DNA of 64,000 nt from Spirochaetales bacterium (GCA_029098225.1 JAQXNX010000032.1:256005-320004), one strand, 5' to 3'. Shown: positions 9,464 through 19,657, counted from the stretch's first letter. The notes: generated by a model not told the origin, from the letters alone. Made by a program: numbers and translations.

Positions 9464-10531
9464 ATGTATTCCAGAACTTTTAAAAAAGCACCGGAAAAAA
9501 TAATAGAAAAAGGTTCAGCGCATTTCGGAACATACGAAGAAGTTCCTCCTAGACTCGATATAAGAGGAATGCATGCACCTTATGCAGGTATTCCTGTTCC
9601 ATCAATAATTTCTAATCTTAGAATTAAAAGCCGGCTTGAATATGCTTTTTCGCTTGATAATTATATAGGCATTGCAATTTTTTATGACTTTAAGGCAATT
9701 GGTCTTGGCGAAATAATTTTCTGGAATAAAGAGACAGGTAAACGAAATGCTTATCATACAATAATGGCTCCACGCCGCCGTTTTGTTCCAATTCACACTA
9801 CTAAAGGAATCTGTGCCTGCTACAGAAATTCCCGTTACTTAAAAATCGCATGGGGCAGAAATCATCAGCATCATTCTCTTTCTTTTAAAGTAAAAGGAGA
9901 TAAAAGACGACCTAGTGCAAAAGGATTTTTATTTTCTCCTATTGATGATAAAAATCATTGTGATGTAAGTTTTGTTTCTCCATCACCATCATTTTCCAGA
10001 TGTTCTGCAACCTGGATTAGTACAATGAGTTTAAACGGTCAGATTTCTTTAAAAAACAAAAAACAGAAAGAACAAATTTCTGCAAATTCTAAAGGGCTTG
10101 GAATGATGGTTCTTAACAGGACTTATATAAAAATGCATTCAAAGTCAACCTATATTTATGGAATGCAGAAAATCAATAATGATGATGTATATTTTTACCT
10201 TCGTTCATCTAATCTTGATGCCGCCGACTCAGATTCCTACAACGATAATGTACTTTTTGTAAACAATGAACCTACAGCACTTCCTCCAGTTTATATAACG
10301 CATCCTTTTGGAATGAAAAAACGCTGGATTATCCAGGATACAGAAAGCATGGTCGATTTAGCTTTTACACCTGTTTCACTGGCGCCAAGGACTCTAAACC
10401 TGATTGCACTCAGAATGGATTATCAGTTAATATACGGTACCTTTGAAGGCACCTTATTAACAAAAGACGGCAAAAAAATATCTCTTAAAAACTTTTCCGG
10501 AATATTGTATAAAAATCTTTTAAGACTTTAA
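9464..10531 (+). CDS. DUF2804-like protein
   Basis: C-terminal NVLFVNNEPTALPPV...WIIQDTESMVDLAFTP...YGTFEG resembles DUF2804; the ORF-track extension to 9323 merely reads through the structured element. Confidence 0.65.
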   Translation: MYSRTFKKAPEKIIEKGSAHFGTYEEVPPRLDIRGMHAPYAGIPVPSIISNLRIKSRLEYAFSLDNYIGIAIFYDFKAIGLGEIIFWNKETGKRNAYHTIMAPRRRFVPIHTTKGICACYRNSRYLKIAWGRNHQHHSLSFKVKGDKRRPSAKGFLFSPIDDKNHCDVSFVSPSPSFSRCSATWISTMSLNGQISLKNKKQKEQISANSKGLGMMVLNRTYIKMHSKSTYIYGMQKINNDDVYFYLRSSNLDAADSDSYNDNVLFVNNEPTALPPVYITHPFGMKKRWIIQDTESMVDLAFTPVSLAPRTLNLIALRMDYQLIYGTFEGTLLTKDGKKISLKNFSGILYKNLLRL

Positions 10532-10576
10532 TACTTGGTGTATAATCATAGTTATTATATAGAAGAGGTTTTTGTA

Positions 10577-12526
10577 ATGGCTGAAGAAATTAACAAAACT
10601 GCAGATTGGGCTCCCGGTACTCTGGATAAAACCAGAAAAAATATTGGTGATATCAGCGATAAAGATGCAGCTGCAATGGCTAAAAAACTCGGCGGACAGG
10701 TAATGTACGAGCGAAGTTCAACAGATTCCGCACCTACCCAAAATAAAGGCGGACGAATTGTTCGCCAGCAAGCTTCAGGTTCTGGTTCAGGCTCTTCTTC
10801 ATCTTCTTCTATGCCAGATTTTTCAGGACAGAAAAAGCGCTATCAGAGAGAATTACTTCCTAACATTTCTAAAAAAACAGCAAATGCCATAGACAAATTA
10901 ATGATGGCTCCTGAATATAAAATCAAACCAAATTACGGAGTATTTAATTTTGTAAGAAACTGGCAGAAAAACGGAACAGAAAAAATTATTCCTGAATTCT
11001 ATGAATATAAAATGAAGCAGATGCTCGACCACATGGAAGCATTTATTACTGTTATTAAAACTTTAATTCAAGTTGCACCTGCTACCTATAAAACAAAAAT
11101 TGCAAATGGCACCGAACCCAAATTTAAATTTTTAAGAATGGTTGCCGGATGGACAATGCAGGGAATTAAAATAGAGTATTTTAATGTTCAAAATGCACCA
11201 CAGCCTCTTCTTGTTGCAGATTTAATTCCTACAACCCGTGCAATTTATAAACCACTTATTACAGTATATTATTATGGAAACAGCAAAATTCCAAAGCTCA
11301 TAAAAGAAATCTATTCAGACGAAGCTGCATATCCGGATTCTCCTCAGGAAAAGCTTTCGGGCTATGCAAAACAGGCTATTACTGAATGGCTTTATCTTGA
11401 AACTGAAATTATTAAAAAGCTTTATCCTCTGCTTTTACGAATGTGTTCAGATACATTTGAACCTTATCCAACATTCTTTAATACAAAAGCAGGAGAAATA
11501 TTAAAATTTGTGGGGCTTCATAAATTTGATCTTCTTCTGCCTGAAAAACCTAAGGAACCAGCACCTGAAGAAAAAGCTAAAAAACCTGAACCTCCACAAA
11601 AGGGTATAAAAGATTCAACAGTTTTAACAGGTTTAAAATTATTAAATCAGATGTTCCCGGAAGCAGGCTTTGATAAACTGGATGAATATCCCGATTTTTA
11701 TCCATATTTCCAGCCTATATTTAAATTTGATGACGGCTTTAATCTGCTTGCTCCAGATAATCCGCTGCAGACTATTATGGTTTTACAGCAGATTATTGAA
11801 GAATGTTTTCAGGGCTGCCGGAACATTCATTTTGTAGAACCAGAAAATCCTAAAAAAGGAGCAGATTCAATTGTTCAGGTTCTGGATGACTGGTCTGCTT
11901 ATCGCGAAGAATCCTTTGAAAATTTATACTGCCAGCCTCTTGAAGATCTTGTAAATTCAATTTATTCACAACCAGATTTTGCAACAACTCACAGCGGAAA
12001 AAGAACTCTAACAAATTTATTATGGCAGATAACCTACACCTTCCTTCCAAACTTTAAATTTGAACAGCTGTTACTTGAGCATCCTTCTAACGAAAGTAAA
12101 TACCGTCCTTTATTTCATAGAACCGATTTTGCACGTAAATTCCTAACGTTAGTAATTAATGAATGTGATGCAGCTGCAAAAACAAAGGGAAAATGTAATC
12201 TTATAGAAAATCCATGGGAGCATTATAAGTTTGATATTCCTAATGAAGTTTCAAAACGACTTGATGTTCTTCTTGGCGCACAAAATAAAACTGCAAACAC
12301 AACTGCAAATAATGCAAATCTTTTAAAGTACACACTATGCTTTATAGCTGTACTTGACTGGTATGTTAATAATCCGGACAGTCCGGCATATCAGTCAGAT
12401 CCAATGCATATATTCAGAATTTCACCGGCAGATGGAAAACCAATATTCTCTGTACCGGAAAGAAACGATCAGAATAAATTATTTGCAGAAGCAATCAGAG
12501 CAAGCTATAAAAACGCTGCAAAATAA
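10577..12526 (+). CDS. large soluble hypothetical protein
   Basis: 649-codon ORF, GAGG SD before ATG 10577; Ser/Gly linker and Pro/Lys linker; no motif recognised. Confidence 0.75.
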   Translation: MAEEINKTADWAPGTLDKTRKNIGDISDKDAAAMAKKLGGQVMYERSSTDSAPTQNKGGRIVRQQASGSGSGSSSSSSMPDFSGQKKRYQRELLPNISKKTANAIDKLMMAPEYKIKPNYGVFNFVRNWQKNGTEKIIPEFYEYKMKQMLDHMEAFITVIKTLIQVAPATYKTKIANGTEPKFKFLRMVAGWTMQGIKIEYFNVQNAPQPLLVADLIPTTRAIYKPLITVYYYGNSKIPKLIKEIYSDEAAYPDSPQEKLSGYAKQAITEWLYLETEIIKKLYPLLLRMCSDTFEPYPTFFNTKAGEILKFVGLHKFDLLLPEKPKEPAPEEKAKKPEPPQKGIKDSTVLTGLKLLNQMFPEAGFDKLDEYPDFYPYFQPIFKFDDGFNLLAPDNPLQTIMVLQQIIEECFQGCRNIHFVEPENPKKGADSIVQVLDDWSAYREESFENLYCQPLEDLVNSIYSQPDFATTHSGKRTLTNLLWQITYTFLPNFKFEQLLLEHPSNESKYRPLFHRTDFARKFLTLVINECDAAAKTKGKCNLIENPWEHYKFDIPNEVSKRLDVLLGAQNKTANTTANNANLLKYTLCFIAVLDWYVNNPDSPAYQSDPMHIFRISPADGKPIFSVPERNDQNKLFAEAIRASYKNAAK

Positions 12527-12528
12527 AA

Positions 12529-13368
12529 TTATTTATCCTCTAATCTCTTAATTAGATAAGGAATTGCTGTCTCAAAATCCACACCATACCAGTTATAATC
12601 TGGATGGCTTAATGTACAGCTTATTGCTTCTACAACAAAATCTCCCGCCAGAGCTGCTGCTGATTTTAAATTCATGCCGCGCATAAGAGCACCAGTAAGA
12701 ACACTTGCAAAAATATCGCCGGTGCCATGAAAACTTTGAGGCATTTTTTTATGAAAATACCATTCTATTTTATCATTTAAAGAATCAAATATTGCAATAC
12801 CTATTTTATCATCTCCAAACTGAACACCTTTTAATACAACTTTTTTTGCTCCAAGAGCTGCAAGCTTATGAAGAATATCTTCTATATATTCTTTATCATA
12901 ACCGCTATCTTTATATTCAATTCCAAGCATAAAAGAAGCTTCTGTCATATTCGGAACAATTACATCTGCCTTTCCACAAAGCTCTGCCATTGCATATGCA
13001 AAATCCTGAGTAAACCCGGAATACAATTTTCCATTATCAGCCATACAAGGATCTACAATAATAATTGAATCATTAGCAGCAAAATCCTGAAACATTTTTT
13101 TCATAAGATTAAGCTGTTCAAAAGACCCTAAATATCCTGTATAAATTGCATCAAAATGAAACTGCTCTTTTTTCCAATGCTCACATACTGGTGTAATTTC
13201 TTTAGTTAAATCACAAAATGTAAAATTCTTAAATGCCGTATGAGTTGATAAAACAGCAGTTGGTAAAATACAAGCTTCAACACCCATTGCAGAAATAATT
13301 GGCAAAGCCACAGTAAGAGAACATTTTCCAACACAGGAAATATCTTGTACAGTTATAATTCTTTTCAT
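12529..13368 (-). CDS. pdxK: pyridoxal/pyridoxamine kinase (PfkB/ribokinase superfamily)
   Basis: QDISCVGKCSL, AIYTGYLGS, VDPCMADNGKLY, PNMTEA, FHGTGDIFAS. Confidence 0.85.
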   Translation of the reverse strand: MKRIITVQDISCVGKCSLTVALPIISAMGVEACILPTAVLSTHTAFKNFTFCDLTKEITPVCEHWKKEQFHFDAIYTGYLGSFEQLNLMKKMFQDFAANDSIIIVDPCMADNGKLYSGFTQDFAYAMAELCGKADVIVPNMTEASFMLGIEYKDSGYDKEYIEDILHKLAALGAKKVVLKGVQFGDDKIGIAIFDSLNDKIEWYFHKKMPQSFHGTGDIFASVLTGALMRGMNLKSAAALAGDFVVEAISCTLSHPDYNWYGVDFETAIPYLIKRLEDK

Positions 13369-13492
13369 ACAGATAATTTAATGCTTAACGCAATTTATTA
13401 AAAGTGCTGGAAGAATAATTTCTATATTTTTACTTTTCTATATGTAATTTTTTTATTATATTATTTATATAAATATCATTGAATAAAGAAAA

Positions 13493-13558
13493 TGTAAGGA
13501 ACTCTGTTTGTGAAAAGATTCCATTCTGTTTATCTCTTCACAAACAGATCTCTTTACA
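13493..13558. repeat. 27-bp imperfect inverted repeat between divergent pdxK and COG0523 genes
   Basis: TGTAAGGAACTCTGTTTGTGAAAAGAT / ATCTCTTCACAAACAGATCTCTTTACA, 12-nt loop, 4 mismatches. Confidence 0.8.
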
Positions 13559-13591
13559 ACGATTCTTTTTCATTTTATGAGGTTAATATAA

Positions 13592-14803
13592 ATGAATAAT
13601 AAAAAAATCCCTATTACATTATTGTGTGGTTATCTTGGAGCAGGAAAAACTACTCTTCTTAACCGGGTTCTTACAAATCAGAAGGGCTACAAAGTTGCCG
13701 TAATTGTAAATGATATTGGAGAAGTAAACGTAGACGAGCGCCTTATTTCTAAAGAAGCAAAAATTGAAGATTCCAGCAGCCTTGTTCCTCTTACAAACGG
13801 CTGTATCTGCTGTACTCTCAAAAGCGACATGGTAAATCAGATTGAAAACCTGATGAAAAGCGGAAAATTTGATTACATTATGATTGAAGCCAGCGGCGTT
13901 TGTGAACCTATGCCAATTGCTCAGGCTATAGAACAGATTGAAATTGGTAAGCTTGATAATGTTGTCGGCGTTGTTGATGCAAGCCGCCTTGTTGAAGAAT
14001 TTGATGAAGGAAAAGCTCTTCTTAAGAAAGATATTGATGAAGAAGATATTGAATCACTTTTGATTCAGCAGATTGAATTCTGTTCTACTTTGATTGTTAA
14101 TAAGCGCGACCTTGTTACTGATGAACAGATGAAGATGGTTCGTGCCGTAATCAACAAGATTCAGCCAACTGTAAAGGTTATTGAAACTACACGCTGTGAT
14201 GTTCCTGTAGAAGAAGTCATTGGAACAGACCGCTTTGATTTTGAAACAGTTTATTCTAGTGCAGGCTGGGTAAAAGCATTAGAAGAGCACGATGCCGAAG
14301 AAGAAGATGATGATGATCATGACGAACACGAACATCACCATGAACATGAAGAGCACCATCATGATGATGATCACGACGAACATGACCACCACGAACATCA
14401 CCATCACCACGAGCACAAACACGAAGGCGAAAGCGAAGATGAATATGGAATTGGTTCATTTGTCTATTATCGCCGCCGTCCGTTTAACCGCCAGAAGCTT
14501 GATGCATTTGCATCTACCTGGCCTCGCAATATTATCAGATCTAAAGGTGTAGTATGGTTCAGCGATGAAGAGGATATGGCTTACGTACTTGAAACTTCTG
14601 GCCGCCAGATTCAGGCTGGTTATTCAGGAAACTGGCTTGCATCCTGCCCTCCTACAGAACAAAAACGAGTACTTGCAGAAGAACCAGAAATGAAAAAAGA
14701 CTGGGATGAAAAAGTAGGCGATAGAATGATAAAAATGGTTATCATTGGCCGTCACTTAGACCGTGCAAAAATCGAATCTGATTTAGATTCCTGCCTGGAC
14801 TAG
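13592..14803 (+). CDS. COG0523 (CobW/YjiA/ZigA-type) G3E GTPase metallochaperone with His-rich insert
   Basis: GYLGAGKTT, VIVNDIGEVNVD, GCICC, IEASG, NKRD, His/acidic tract, CobW_C-like IRSKG. Confidence 0.93.
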   Translation: MNNKKIPITLLCGYLGAGKTTLLNRVLTNQKGYKVAVIVNDIGEVNVDERLISKEAKIEDSSSLVPLTNGCICCTLKSDMVNQIENLMKSGKFDYIMIEASGVCEPMPIAQAIEQIEIGKLDNVVGVVDASRLVEEFDEGKALLKKDIDEEDIESLLIQQIEFCSTLIVNKRDLVTDEQMKMVRAVINKIQPTVKVIETTRCDVPVEEVIGTDRFDFETVYSSAGWVKALEEHDAEEEDDDDHDEHEHHHEHEEHHHDDDHDEHDHHEHHHHHEHKHEGESEDEYGIGSFVYYRRRPFNRQKLDAFASTWPRNIIRSKGVVWFSDEEDMAYVLETSGRQIQAGYSGNWLASCPPTEQKRVLAEEPEMKKDWDEKVGDRMIKMVIIGRHLDRAKIESDLDSCLD

Positions 14804-14882
14804 TAAAATATTTGCAGATAATCGGACGTGTCTTTGTAATATTTTAATTAAGCACGTCCATAAGTAAACATATTAAAAATAA

Positions 14883-14938
14883 TAAAAGCGATTTCAAAAT
14901 CGGTTCATTATCGTTTACCAATTTGGAAATCGCTTTTA
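14883..14938. terminator. probable bidirectional terminator between convergent genes (second hairpin GGACGTG/CACGTCC at 14824-14859)
   Basis: TAAAAGCGATTTC (14883-14895) / GAAATCGCTTTTA (14926-14938), A/T-rich on both sides. Confidence 0.65.
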
Positions 14939-14989
14939 TCTTTTAAAATAGAAATATATTTATTAACTCGTGGCGCACTTAATTAAAAA

Positions 14990-16636
14990 CTATGCGGCTG
15001 TTAATATTTCTGAAATATTAAAGCAGTTATCGCCAATATGCTCAATTGTTCTGACAATATCAATATAAAGGAGCTCAGCCTTTACATCTGCTCCACCTTC
15101 AAGTCGTTTGCGGGCAACTTTCTTTAAATCTTTTCGGAAGGCATCTATTCCGTCTTCAAGCTCGCGTGCAAGCTCAAGCTTTTCCGGAGTCAGCTGCTTA
15201 TTAATATTTATACGGATAAACTGCAAAAACTGTCTTGCAAGTTCTATGTATGGTAAAAGACGTTCCATATCTTCGCTTTGGAATTTCATCTTCTTTTCTA
15301 TACTGCGGGTAATAAGCATAATTGTCCCATAACAGCTGTCGCTCATATTTTCCAGTTCATCTACAATTTGAATCATGTTCGATATATGATTAAGCTGTTT
15401 TTCTGTAACCTGCAGGGATTCACATTTGATAAGATAATGTGTAATCTGCTCGTGCATCTGGTCTGCATAATCTTCTGCAAGCTCGCTTGCTTCGCTGTGT
15501 TTTTCTATAAAATCATTATTGCGCTTTGTAACGCCAATCTGGATTTTATCAAACATATCTGTTACAACATCAGTCATATCTGCAATAGCCTTTTCTGCCT
15601 GAATAATATGTGTTGCAACACTGTCTTTGGAAACAAGCTCTGTAAATTCCAGCTTGTAAACATTTGAATTTTTTTCCGGATCATCCTTAATGATTTTCTT
15701 AGAAAGAAGAACAAGAGGATTCTGCATTGGCAGCAAAATCAAAGTAGAAAGGGTTTTGAATACTGTATGCAGCATTGAAATGCGGATTGCGATATTTGAA
15801 TGCTGTCCGCCAGGAGTAAGCATCATCACTAAATTCAGGAATGGATGGAAGAAGATAAGGGCCAGCACAGTACCAAAGACGTTGAACATAACGTGAATCA
15901 AAGCAGAACGGCGCGCATCGGCATTTGTTCCTATAGAAGCAAGAATTGCATCTATAGTAGAACCAACGTTACTACCAAGTGTCATGGCCGCAGCCATTTC
16001 CCAGTTGATAAGCCCGTTAAAGGCCATTGTAATTACAATTGCAGAAAATGCAGAACTGGAATGAAGCAAGGCTGTTATCAGAATACCGATTGCAAAACCA
16101 ATTAAAATTGCAAGAGGACCATCTCCCTGAATCTTAAAAAGCCAGCCAAGCTGTTCCGGTGTAAATACAGCTGAAAGTCCGCTCAAACCAAGGAAAAGCA
16201 TACCAAAACCCATAAGAGCTTCGGCCCAGTTTTTATATTTTCCTTTTCTGATTAAAGCGCTGAAATAACCGATTCCGAAAACCGGAATGGCAAAGGCAGA
16301 TATTTTAAAGTTAAAGCCAAAAATAGAAACAATCCAGGCAGTAATTGTATTACCAATGTTAGCACCAAAAATAACACCAACAGACTGTGCAAGAGTCATA
16401 AGTCCGGAATTGACGAAGGTAACAACCATTACAGTAGTTGCACCCGATGACTGAATAATCATCGTAACAACAAGTCCGGTCAAAAGGGAAGCAAATCTGT
16501 TTCCTGTAAGAACAGAAAGTGCACGCTGCAACTTTTCGCCGGAGCTCTTCTGAATACCGTCAGACATGAGCTTCATTCCGTAAAGAAGAAGACCCAGGCT
16601 GCCAATCAGTTCTAAAACGGGCTGTATGACATTCAT
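14990..16636 (-). CDS. Na+/phosphate cotransporter (NptA type) with C-terminal PhoU-like domain
   Basis: IIQSSGATT, GANIGNTITA, LLHSSSA, GSNVGST, helical PhoU-like tail ELENMSD...IEHIGD. Confidence 0.92.
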   Translation of the reverse strand: MNVIQPVLELIGSLGLLLYGMKLMSDGIQKSSGEKLQRALSVLTGNRFASLLTGLVVTMIIQSSGATTVMVVTFVNSGLMTLAQSVGVIFGANIGNTITAWIVSIFGFNFKISAFAIPVFGIGYFSALIRKGKYKNWAEALMGFGMLFLGLSGLSAVFTPEQLGWLFKIQGDGPLAILIGFAIGILITALLHSSSAFSAIVITMAFNGLINWEMAAAMTLGSNVGSTIDAILASIGTNADARRSALIHVMFNVFGTVLALIFFHPFLNLVMMLTPGGQHSNIAIRISMLHTVFKTLSTLILLPMQNPLVLLSKKIIKDDPEKNSNVYKLEFTELVSKDSVATHIIQAEKAIADMTDVVTDMFDKIQIGVTKRNNDFIEKHSEASELAEDYADQMHEQITHYLIKCESLQVTEKQLNHISNMIQIVDELENMSDSCYGTIMLITRSIEKKMKFQSEDMERLLPYIELARQFLQFIRININKQLTPEKLELARELEDGIDAFRKDLKKVARKRLEGGADVKAELLYIDIVRTIEHIGDNCFNISEILTAA

Positions 16637-16703
16637 ATTCTAATTTTACCGAAAAGCCCCCTTCTTTTCAAGAAAAATAAAATATTGTAGAATAAAACTA
16701 TCT

Positions 16704-17528
16704 ATGGGTGCGGAAATGAAACATACAAAAACCTTAAAATCAAAAATTGCCTCTAAAACTATTCTGATTTCTGGGCTTATCTTTTTATTTTTATTTATTG
16801 CCGGTTGCAGCAAAAATAAAAATCAGATTCAGGAAGACACACCTGTTCTGACACTTCTTGAAGGTAATAAAAGTGAATTAGTTTCCAAACCTCAAAAATG
16901 GCACCTTACAGAAAAAAAAGTGTGCATTTTATTTGGCTATAATTATAATTCAGAAGAAGTTATTAATTCCATTCTTGAAAAACTTGGCGAAGAATTTGGC
17001 TTAGACGAAGACGGAGGCCTTATTTACGGCATTGTTTATCCTACAGATTTTAAGCATGGCTCAAGAAGTTACGCAACAGATTTTTCTCAGCTTCTGCAGA
17101 ATTCAGAAAAAGATATTTGTGCCTTAATTACTTTGGGCGCACCGGAAAATACCCATTATGCACTTGCAAAGAATCAGGATTTTTGGAACCAGAATGTTCC
17201 TTATCCTATTGTTTCGCTTTTTCCTCAGGACGACGTTTTAGGAATAGAAGCCGAAAGTGATATAGTTATTGATAAGAGTCAGACTGCCGGAATAACAGGA
17301 GAACTTGTTCTTGAAGAAAAAGATGAAAATCATGTGTCAGATATTCCAGAAATTTTAACAAACGTAATAAATTATCTTCTATGTACAAAAGAGCCTTTTC
17401 CAAGAAGCGATGATCTTTCAAAGCACGCTGCTGCAATGCTGACTGGGAAAGTAGTCAGACCATATTCAGATCCGGAAACAGGCCTTTTTTCTATCAATCA
17501 TTTTGTAATGGAAGATACAGCTCAATAA
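16704..17528 (+). CDS. hypothetical lipoprotein
   Basis: Basic N-terminus, hydrophobic core and lipobox-like FIAG-C; start may be 16716. Confidence 0.7.
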   Translation: MGAEMKHTKTLKSKIASKTILISGLIFLFLFIAGCSKNKNQIQEDTPVLTLLEGNKSELVSKPQKWHLTEKKVCILFGYNYNSEEVINSILEKLGEEFGLDEDGGLIYGIVYPTDFKHGSRSYATDFSQLLQNSEKDICALITLGAPENTHYALAKNQDFWNQNVPYPIVSLFPQDDVLGIEAESDIVIDKSQTAGITGELVLEEKDENHVSDIPEILTNVINYLLCTKEPFPRSDDLSKHAAAMLTGKVVRPYSDPETGLFSINHFVMEDTAQ

Positions 17529-17540
17529 TTTGGAAAAGAA

Positions 17541-18188
17541 ATGAAGCAGAATTCATCGGGACTCATAGGAAAAGAAGAAGATATAAAAGCTCTTGAATCT
17601 AAAAAAGGAGCCAGAATTCTCGTTTATTCAGATTCTCACGGAAATGCAGGAATTGTTGAACAGATTCTTCTTAATTACGGGAAAGCTTGCGATATGCTTG
17701 TTTTTTGTGGAGACGGAATCTGCGACCTGGCACAAATTCTTTCTAAAGCTGAATACGACAAAAAGCTTTCTCAAGCTATTCCAAAAGTTATTTGTTTTGT
17801 TCAGGGAAACGGAGATCCTGGAACTTATCCTGTTACAGATAACTATTCATTAAAAAATCACAGAATGCAGAATTTTGTTGTAAATCACAAAATTTTCTTA
17901 GCTGTTCATGGGCATTATCAGGGAGTTGACTGGGGACTGGAAAATCTTGGAATGGATGCACAGCTTACAAACAGTTCAGTTGCATTTTACGGACATACTC
18001 ATGTTGCAAGAGAAGAAACAATCGGAAACTATAAATTTATTAATCCCGGAAGCTGTGCACGTCCACGAGGCGGCCAGCCAAAAAGCTTTGCAATAGTAAC
18101 TGTAGAAGACAATTTTGTAGATACAGCATTTATTAAAATTGAATTTACAGGATTAGAAACAAAATATACGCTCTGGCAACCATTTTAG
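17541..18188 (+). CDS. YfcE/MJ0936-family metallophosphoesterase
   Basis: SDSHGN, GDG, GNGD, HGH, GHTH, NPGS motifs. Confidence 0.9.
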   Translation: MKQNSSGLIGKEEDIKALESKKGARILVYSDSHGNAGIVEQILLNYGKACDMLVFCGDGICDLAQILSKAEYDKKLSQAIPKVICFVQGNGDPGTYPVTDNYSLKNHRMQNFVVNHKIFLAVHGHYQGVDWGLENLGMDAQLTNSSVAFYGHTHVAREETIGNYKFINPGSCARPRGGQPKSFAIVTVEDNFVDTAFIKIEFTGLETKYTLWQPF

Positions 18189-18192
18189 AATT

Positions 18193-18828
18193 CTAAAACA
18201 TAAAGCCAAAGCTATCGTGACCAGGATAAACCAGAGTACCTGCAGGTATTATTTTTTTTAACCTTTCAAGACTTTTTAAAATTTGAGCTTCGTCTCCGCC
18301 TTCTAAATCTGTTCTTCCATAACCGCCGTAATCAAACAAAGTATCACCAGAAATTAAAACATTTCTTTCTTTACTGTATAGACAGATTGAACCAGGTGTA
18401 TGCCCCGGAGTATGAATAACCTTAAAATCAAAAACAGAATCTCCATCTTCCAAAAGAGTATCGGCAGCGGGCTGTAAAGAAATAGCATCTAAAAGTGAAG
18501 CTTTGCCAAAAAAACTGATAGCAGAACTATTCATTGGACCAGGAGCATAACGAAGTTCATCTGAATCATTTTTATGAATTGCTATTTTAGCTTCTGGAAA
18601 ACAGTTTTTTACAGTATCTATTCCTGTAATATGATCAAAATGGGCGTGAGTTAAAACAATTTCCCTGCAGTTAAGTTTTTTGGATTCAAGAAAAGAAGTG
18701 ATTTTATATTTATCATTAGATAGAGAACATGCAGCAGGATCTACAACAAAACAGTCGTTTTGGGATAAAGGAACAATTAAAGTGTTTACCCCAAAAACTC
18801 CTGTTCTGATAACGTGGATTTTATCCAT
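18193..18828 (-). CDS. MBL-fold metallo-hydrolase (glyoxalase II/YcbL-like)
   Basis: THAHFDHITG, HTPGHTPGS, SGDTLF, YPGH. Confidence 0.92.
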   Translation of the reverse strand: MDKIHVIRTGVFGVNTLIVPLSQNDCFVVDPAACSLSNDKYKITSFLESKKLNCREIVLTHAHFDHITGIDTVKNCFPEAKIAIHKNDSDELRYAPGPMNSSAISFFGKASLLDAISLQPAADTLLEDGDSVFDFKVIHTPGHTPGSICLYSKERNVLISGDTLFDYGGYGRTDLEGGDEAQILKSLERLKKIIPAGTLVYPGHDSFGFMF

Positions 18829-18837
18829 TATAAGTAA

Positions 18838-19581
18838 TTACACACCAAAAGGTTCTTTATCGGCAGCGGCACGTTCTGCAGCAGCATAAGCAGCAGCATC
18901 TTCTGCAGCCATTTCCTGCTGATCAGCAGAATAATCTGAATTTACATCTTCTGCAGAAACTTCTGCTTCAGAATCAGGCTTCTGTTTAGAAAAACTAACA
19001 GCAAGTCTTCTTCCGCGATATTCATAACCATTTAATTTATCAATAGCCATTTGCGCATCTTCTGCATAAAGCTGAACAAATGAATAATTTGCAAGGACTT
19101 TAATATCTCCAATTCTTTCGCGGTCTAATCCGCCAACGGCAATTAAAATACCAACTAAGTCGCGTGGATAAACACGACGATTCTTTCCAATACTTACAAA
19201 AATTGAAGCTGCCTGATCTTCCGGAATTTCTACACGCGGATGACGAGGTCTTTCTTCTTCTGTTACTTCAGTTTTTTCTGTCTGTTCATAAGTTCTTGAA
19301 GCTTTTTCTGTGTGAAAATCTGAACGTTCGCGATGAGGATTTCGTTCTGTTCTTTCCTGATGGCGAGCTCCAAATGAATGGAAATGCTTTAATGATTCTT
19401 TGAGCATATATGCTACAACATACTTTCTTATTGAAAGTGGAACATTCTTTTTAAAAAGTTTATTCAAATCGCTAAGAATATCAACATTTTCTGTTGTTTT
19501 TACTTTATTTACTGACATTGAAAGATAATTAGCAATCTGATCTTCGTTAATTTCAAATTCTCTTCTATTATTATAAGACAT
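18838..19581 (-). CDS. stand-alone DbpA-type RNA-binding-domain protein (no helicase core)
   Basis: IFVSIGKNRRVYPRDLVGIL...IGDIKVLANYSFVQL...LNGYEYRGRRLAV; no DEAD motifs. Confidence 0.85.
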   Translation of the reverse strand: MSYNNRREFEINEDQIANYLSMSVNKVKTTENVDILSDLNKLFKKNVPLSIRKYVVAYMLKESLKHFHSFGARHQERTERNPHRERSDFHTEKASRTYEQTEKTEVTEEERPRHPRVEIPEDQAASIFVSIGKNRRVYPRDLVGILIAVGGLDRERIGDIKVLANYSFVQLYAEDAQMAIDKLNGYEYRGRRLAVSFSKQKPDSEAEVSAEDVNSDYSADQQEMAAEDAAAYAAAERAAADKEPFGV

Positions 19582-19657
19582 TTAATTCCTCCAAAATTTT
19601 GCTATAAAGGTCGTCGTATCTGCAAATGCAATAATTACGCTTTATACAAAAAAAATT

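Noticed and set aside
13508-13543. TTGTGAA...TTCACAA as a Rex operator
   Set aside because: Half-sites are 22 nt apart rather than 4; they belong to the long hairpin.
14256-14552. Met/Thr/Ile-rich and His/Val/Arg-rich ORFs
   Set aside because: Alternate frames of the His-rich triplet tract in the COG0523 gene.
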